Origin: Dehalococcoidia bacterium
Lineage (GTDB): Bacteria > Chloroflexota > Dehalococcoidia > Lucifugimonadales > Australimonadaceae
NCBI GenBank assembly: GCA_034423175.1
Contig: DAOUJA010000017.1
Span: 20,638 to 84,637 of the forward strand
Length of the DNA: 64,000 bases
Reading direction: 5' to 3'
In this document: one piece after another, positions 61,748-64,000 of the stretch
How positions within the stretch are numbered: position 1 is the first letter of the stretch
Layout of the letters: each line of letters opens with the position of its first letter
The notes under the pieces: model-generated
The model's input: only the letters and a program-made list of their open reading frames with translations
What the model was told of the DNA's origin: nothing
The model's database searches: none
Position numbers and translations under genes: made by a program

Positions 61748-62371
61748 CTAATGAGCATGACCGTGCCCGTCGTCTTCGCCGAACACCTCCGGGTAGACGA
61801 AGGCAGCGAGTTTCTCAACAGTATCCATGAACCGTGGACTATCCGGGCTGAACGAATAGCCTTCGCGCAATACGAATATGTGATGGTCGATATGTGTCGC
61901 GTCCTGTGCCATATGCAGGTCCGATAGTTCGGGGTTTCCGATCACGCTGATTATCGAGTCCGTAATGATGATGTCGGGTTCGACCGCCACTATCGATTCC
62001 GGGCTGAGCTCCTGGTAGCCGTCGTGGGTGGCTATGTTCTCCAGTTTCAGCAGTTCGAAGACGTCGTTCATCAGCGTTTTTCTTCCGGGTGTGACCCAGT
62101 CTTCGCTGTAGAGATACACCGTCCATACCGGCTCGACCGGGTCCATCATCGTCCGGACAGCGTCGAGGCGAGCGCCGAGATTGCCCGCGATGCGCTCATC
62201 CTCCAGCCTCGGAGGCAGAGGCGTCGGCGTTGGCTCCGGTGTGGGGGTGGGCGTGGCCGTCGCTGTTGGTGCCGGGCCGCTGCACGCGGTCAGCAGCAGC
62301 AACACCGCCAGCGCCATTCCTATGAAGGTGGCCGTTGCAGATGTCTCTCGCGACAGCGTTCCGGTTCTCAT
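61748..62371 (-). CDS. short lipoprotein with TP linker and His-rich tail, periplasmic-binding-protein-like segment
   Basis: Signal/lipobox LLLLTAC, ATATPTPTPEPTPTP, SPESIVAVEPDIIITD and the C-terminal DDGHGHAH. The 3' half has about 50 percent G+C. Confidence 0.5.
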   Translation of the reverse strand: MRTGTLSRETSATATFIGMALAVLLLLTACSGPAPTATATPTPTPEPTPTPLPPRLEDERIAGNLGARLDAVRTMMDPVEPVWTVYLYSEDWVTPGRKTLMNDVFELLKLENIATHDGYQELSPESIVAVEPDIIITDSIISVIGNPELSDLHMAQDATHIDHHIFVLREGYSFSPDSPRFMDTVEKLAAFVYPEVFGEDDGHGHAH

Positions 62372-62385
62372 TGCATTCTCTCGTT

Positions 62386-62437
62386 CACCCTCACCCGCCG
62401 CTGCGCGGCTCCCTCTCCCTTCGAGGGCGAGGGGATC
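62386..62437. repeat. hairpin repeat family 2 copy
   Basis: caccctcacccgccgctgcgcggctccctctcccttcgagggcgaggggatc, between the convergent or adjacent genes. Confidence 0.55.
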
Positions 62438-63668
62438 ATTCGGACTGGAGCGCGCGGATGAGCTGGAGCAGCGCGGCGGTGACGGCGCGGTTGCGCACGA
62501 GGGGACGGCGCGACGGGAACTCGTGGCGCGTGACGTTCGCGTTCCCGGGCGTCGCGACGCCGATGTAGACGGTGCCCGCCTTGATGCCGTCCTGGTCGCC
62601 CGGTCCGGCGACGCCGGTGACGCTGATGCCGCAGTCTGCGGCGTAGGTGCGGCGGGCGGCGTCGGCCATCGCGCGGGCGGTCTCTTCGCTGACCGCGCCA
62701 TGCGCCTCGATCGTCTCCCGTGGCACGCCGGACTGCACCTTCATGTCGTCGGAGTAGGTGATGGCGCCGCCGACGAAGTAGTCGGACGAGCCAGAGATCT
62801 CGGTGAGCGCGGCGCCGATCATCCCGCCGGTGCACGACTCCAGCACCGCGAGCGTGTAGCCCTTCTCGCGCAGCAGATCGCCGACGCGCTCCGGCGGGTA
62901 CTCCTCATCGGTGCCCCAGATGTAGTCGCCCAGCGCCTCGCGCACCATCGTCTCGGCGCGGAGGAGGGTCGTGAGGGCCTCGCCCTCCGTGTCCGCCTTC
63001 GCGATGCCGCGCAGGTAGATGCCGTCCTGCTTCGCGTAGACGCCGAAGTCCATGCCGGGGACGTCGTAGACGTCGCGCACCATCTCGTCGACCGCGGCTT
63101 CGCTCAGGCCGATCGTCTTGAACGTACGCGCCATGATCTTCTGGCCGGGCAGCCGCTCCTTCAGGCGCGGGGCTATCTCGGTGGTCCACATGTTGGTGAG
63201 CTCGCGCGGCGGGCCGGGGAGTGTGATGAGGATCTTGTCTCCCTTCTCGATCCACCAGCTGGGCGCGGTGCCCATGGCGTTGCGGATGGCGACGGCGGAC
63301 GGGATGATGCCGGCCTGGCGGTAGTTCTGCTGCGGCATCGGGTTGACGTTGCGGCGCGCGAAGTTCTCCTCCAGCCAGACCCTGAGTTCCGGGTCCGTGG
63401 TGATCTGCTCGCCGAGCATGTTGGCGATGCCGTCGCGGGTCATGTCGTCGAGCGTAGGGCCGAGGCCGCCCATCGCGATGACGACGTCCGACCTGCGCCA
63501 CGCGCGGTCGAGCGTCTCCGTGAGGCGCGTGAGGTCGTCGCCGACGATGGTGACGAACTTGAGCTCGAGGCCGAACTCCGGCAGGCGCTGGCCGAGCCAG
63601 GACGAGTTGGTGTCCTGGGTCTCGCCCATGAGAAGCTCGGTGCCGACGGCGATGATCTCGGTGTTCAT
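62436..63668 (-). CDS. cinA: CinA family protein (MoCF-binding domain plus PncC nicotinamide-nucleotide amidase domain)
   Basis: MNTEIIAVGTELLMGETQDTNSSWL; C-terminal ESCTGGMIGAALTEISGSSDYFVGGAITYS. Confidence 0.85.
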   Translation of the reverse strand: MNTEIIAVGTELLMGETQDTNSSWLGQRLPEFGLELKFVTIVGDDLTRLTETLDRAWRRSDVVIAMGGLGPTLDDMTRDGIANMLGEQITTDPELRVWLEENFARRNVNPMPQQNYRQAGIIPSAVAIRNAMGTAPSWWIEKGDKILITLPGPPRELTNMWTTEIAPRLKERLPGQKIMARTFKTIGLSEAAVDEMVRDVYDVPGMDFGVYAKQDGIYLRGIAKADTEGEALTTLLRAETMVREALGDYIWGTDEEYPPERVGDLLREKGYTLAVLESCTGGMIGAALTEISGSSDYFVGGAITYSDDMKVQSGVPRETIEAHGAVSEETARAMADAARRTYAADCGISVTGVAGPGDQDGIKAGTVYIGVATPGNANVTRHEFPSRRPLVRNRAVTAALLQLIRALQSE

Positions 63669-63750
63669 GTCTCCCCTACCCCGAAATGGCAGTCCGGCGA
63701 GTATAGCCGGGAACCGACATCGATGGACAGGATGGTTCCCGTCGTTCCCC

Positions 63751-63900
63751 CCTTGACCAAGGTGCTCAACCACCTCGGCATTCTGAACCCCTTGGTCGCG
63801 GTCTACGAGTAAATCGACGGCTCCATCTGAGCATCTTGGTCACCTTGGTCAGGGGCATTTCCAAGGCCGTGGCCTGCTTCCCGCGACCAAGGGACCAAGG
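63751..63900. repeat. array of GACCAAGG/CCTTGGTC octamers in both orientations, including two tandem doublets forming an inverted repeat
   Basis: ttgaccaagg (63753), ccttggtc (63790), cttggtcaccttggtc (63835-63850), ccaagg (63861) and gaccaagggaccaagg (63885-63900). Confidence 0.55.
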
Positions 63901-64000
63901 CGCTCATCGAAAACAAAGTTTCGCCGCCGGACCCATAGGCCCGATTGATAGCTGGGCCCACGAGCCATAAACGCGGTCTATGGGTACTGCCAGCGCGACG

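Noticed and set aside
1-64000. tRNA, rRNA, CRISPR arrays, integrase, transposase or recombinase genes flanking the low-GC islands
   Set aside because: I found none by reading the intergenic regions and the ORF translations. The islands therefore cannot be shown to be mobile from this window alone. A tRNAscan/Infernal run and an integrase HMM search would be needed to be sure.

Overview
This is a 64-kb window of a high-GC bacterial chromosome, about two-thirds G+C by eye. Gene content includes many amidohydrolase-2, family III CoA-transferase, acyl-CoA dehydrogenase and class II aldolase genes. Together with the Thr-Pro linkers after lipoprotein signal peptides and the dispersed hairpin repeats, this weakly suggests a Chloroflexota-like organism; that is inference only.

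The backbone is housekeeping and catabolic:
- a polyprenyl synthase plus the hpnCDE squalene genes
- a sugar kinase, aldolase and epimerase cluster
- the sufBCDSU operon and mutS2
- coaE with a CbbQ-type AAA+ ATPase, a Nudix hydrolase and a VWA protein
- an ACAD, CaiB, SDR and aminotransferase cluster
- egtD with a class V aminotransferase
- Rieske oxygenase, aldolase and sulfite reductase genes, and cinA

Several lower-GC blocks (about 50-58 percent) carry accessory genes:
- a ParB-like plus PC4-like cassette (18.4-19.7 kb)
- a decayed type I R-M locus with an embedded Cys-rich orphan gene (23.8-28.8 kb)
- a solitary GmrSD-type gene wedged between two catabolic genes (49.7-51.7 kb)
- a translationally coupled three-gene operon led by a GHKL/Bergerat-fold ATPase whose two partners have no recognisable motifs (57.0-60.6 kb)

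The GHKL operon is the most interesting. I cannot match it to any named defence system and I flag it as the best candidate for an undescribed system.

Other small modules:
- HEPN-like plus nucleotidyltransferase genes
- vapBC
- a small protein plus a frameshifted retropepsin-like protease

At least three families of short hairpin or MITE-like repeats populate the intergenic regions. One copy appears to sit in-frame inside hpnC.

I found no tRNA, rRNA, CRISPR array, integrase or transposase. All calls rest on reading the supplied translations and the nucleotide sequence by eye. No database search was run.
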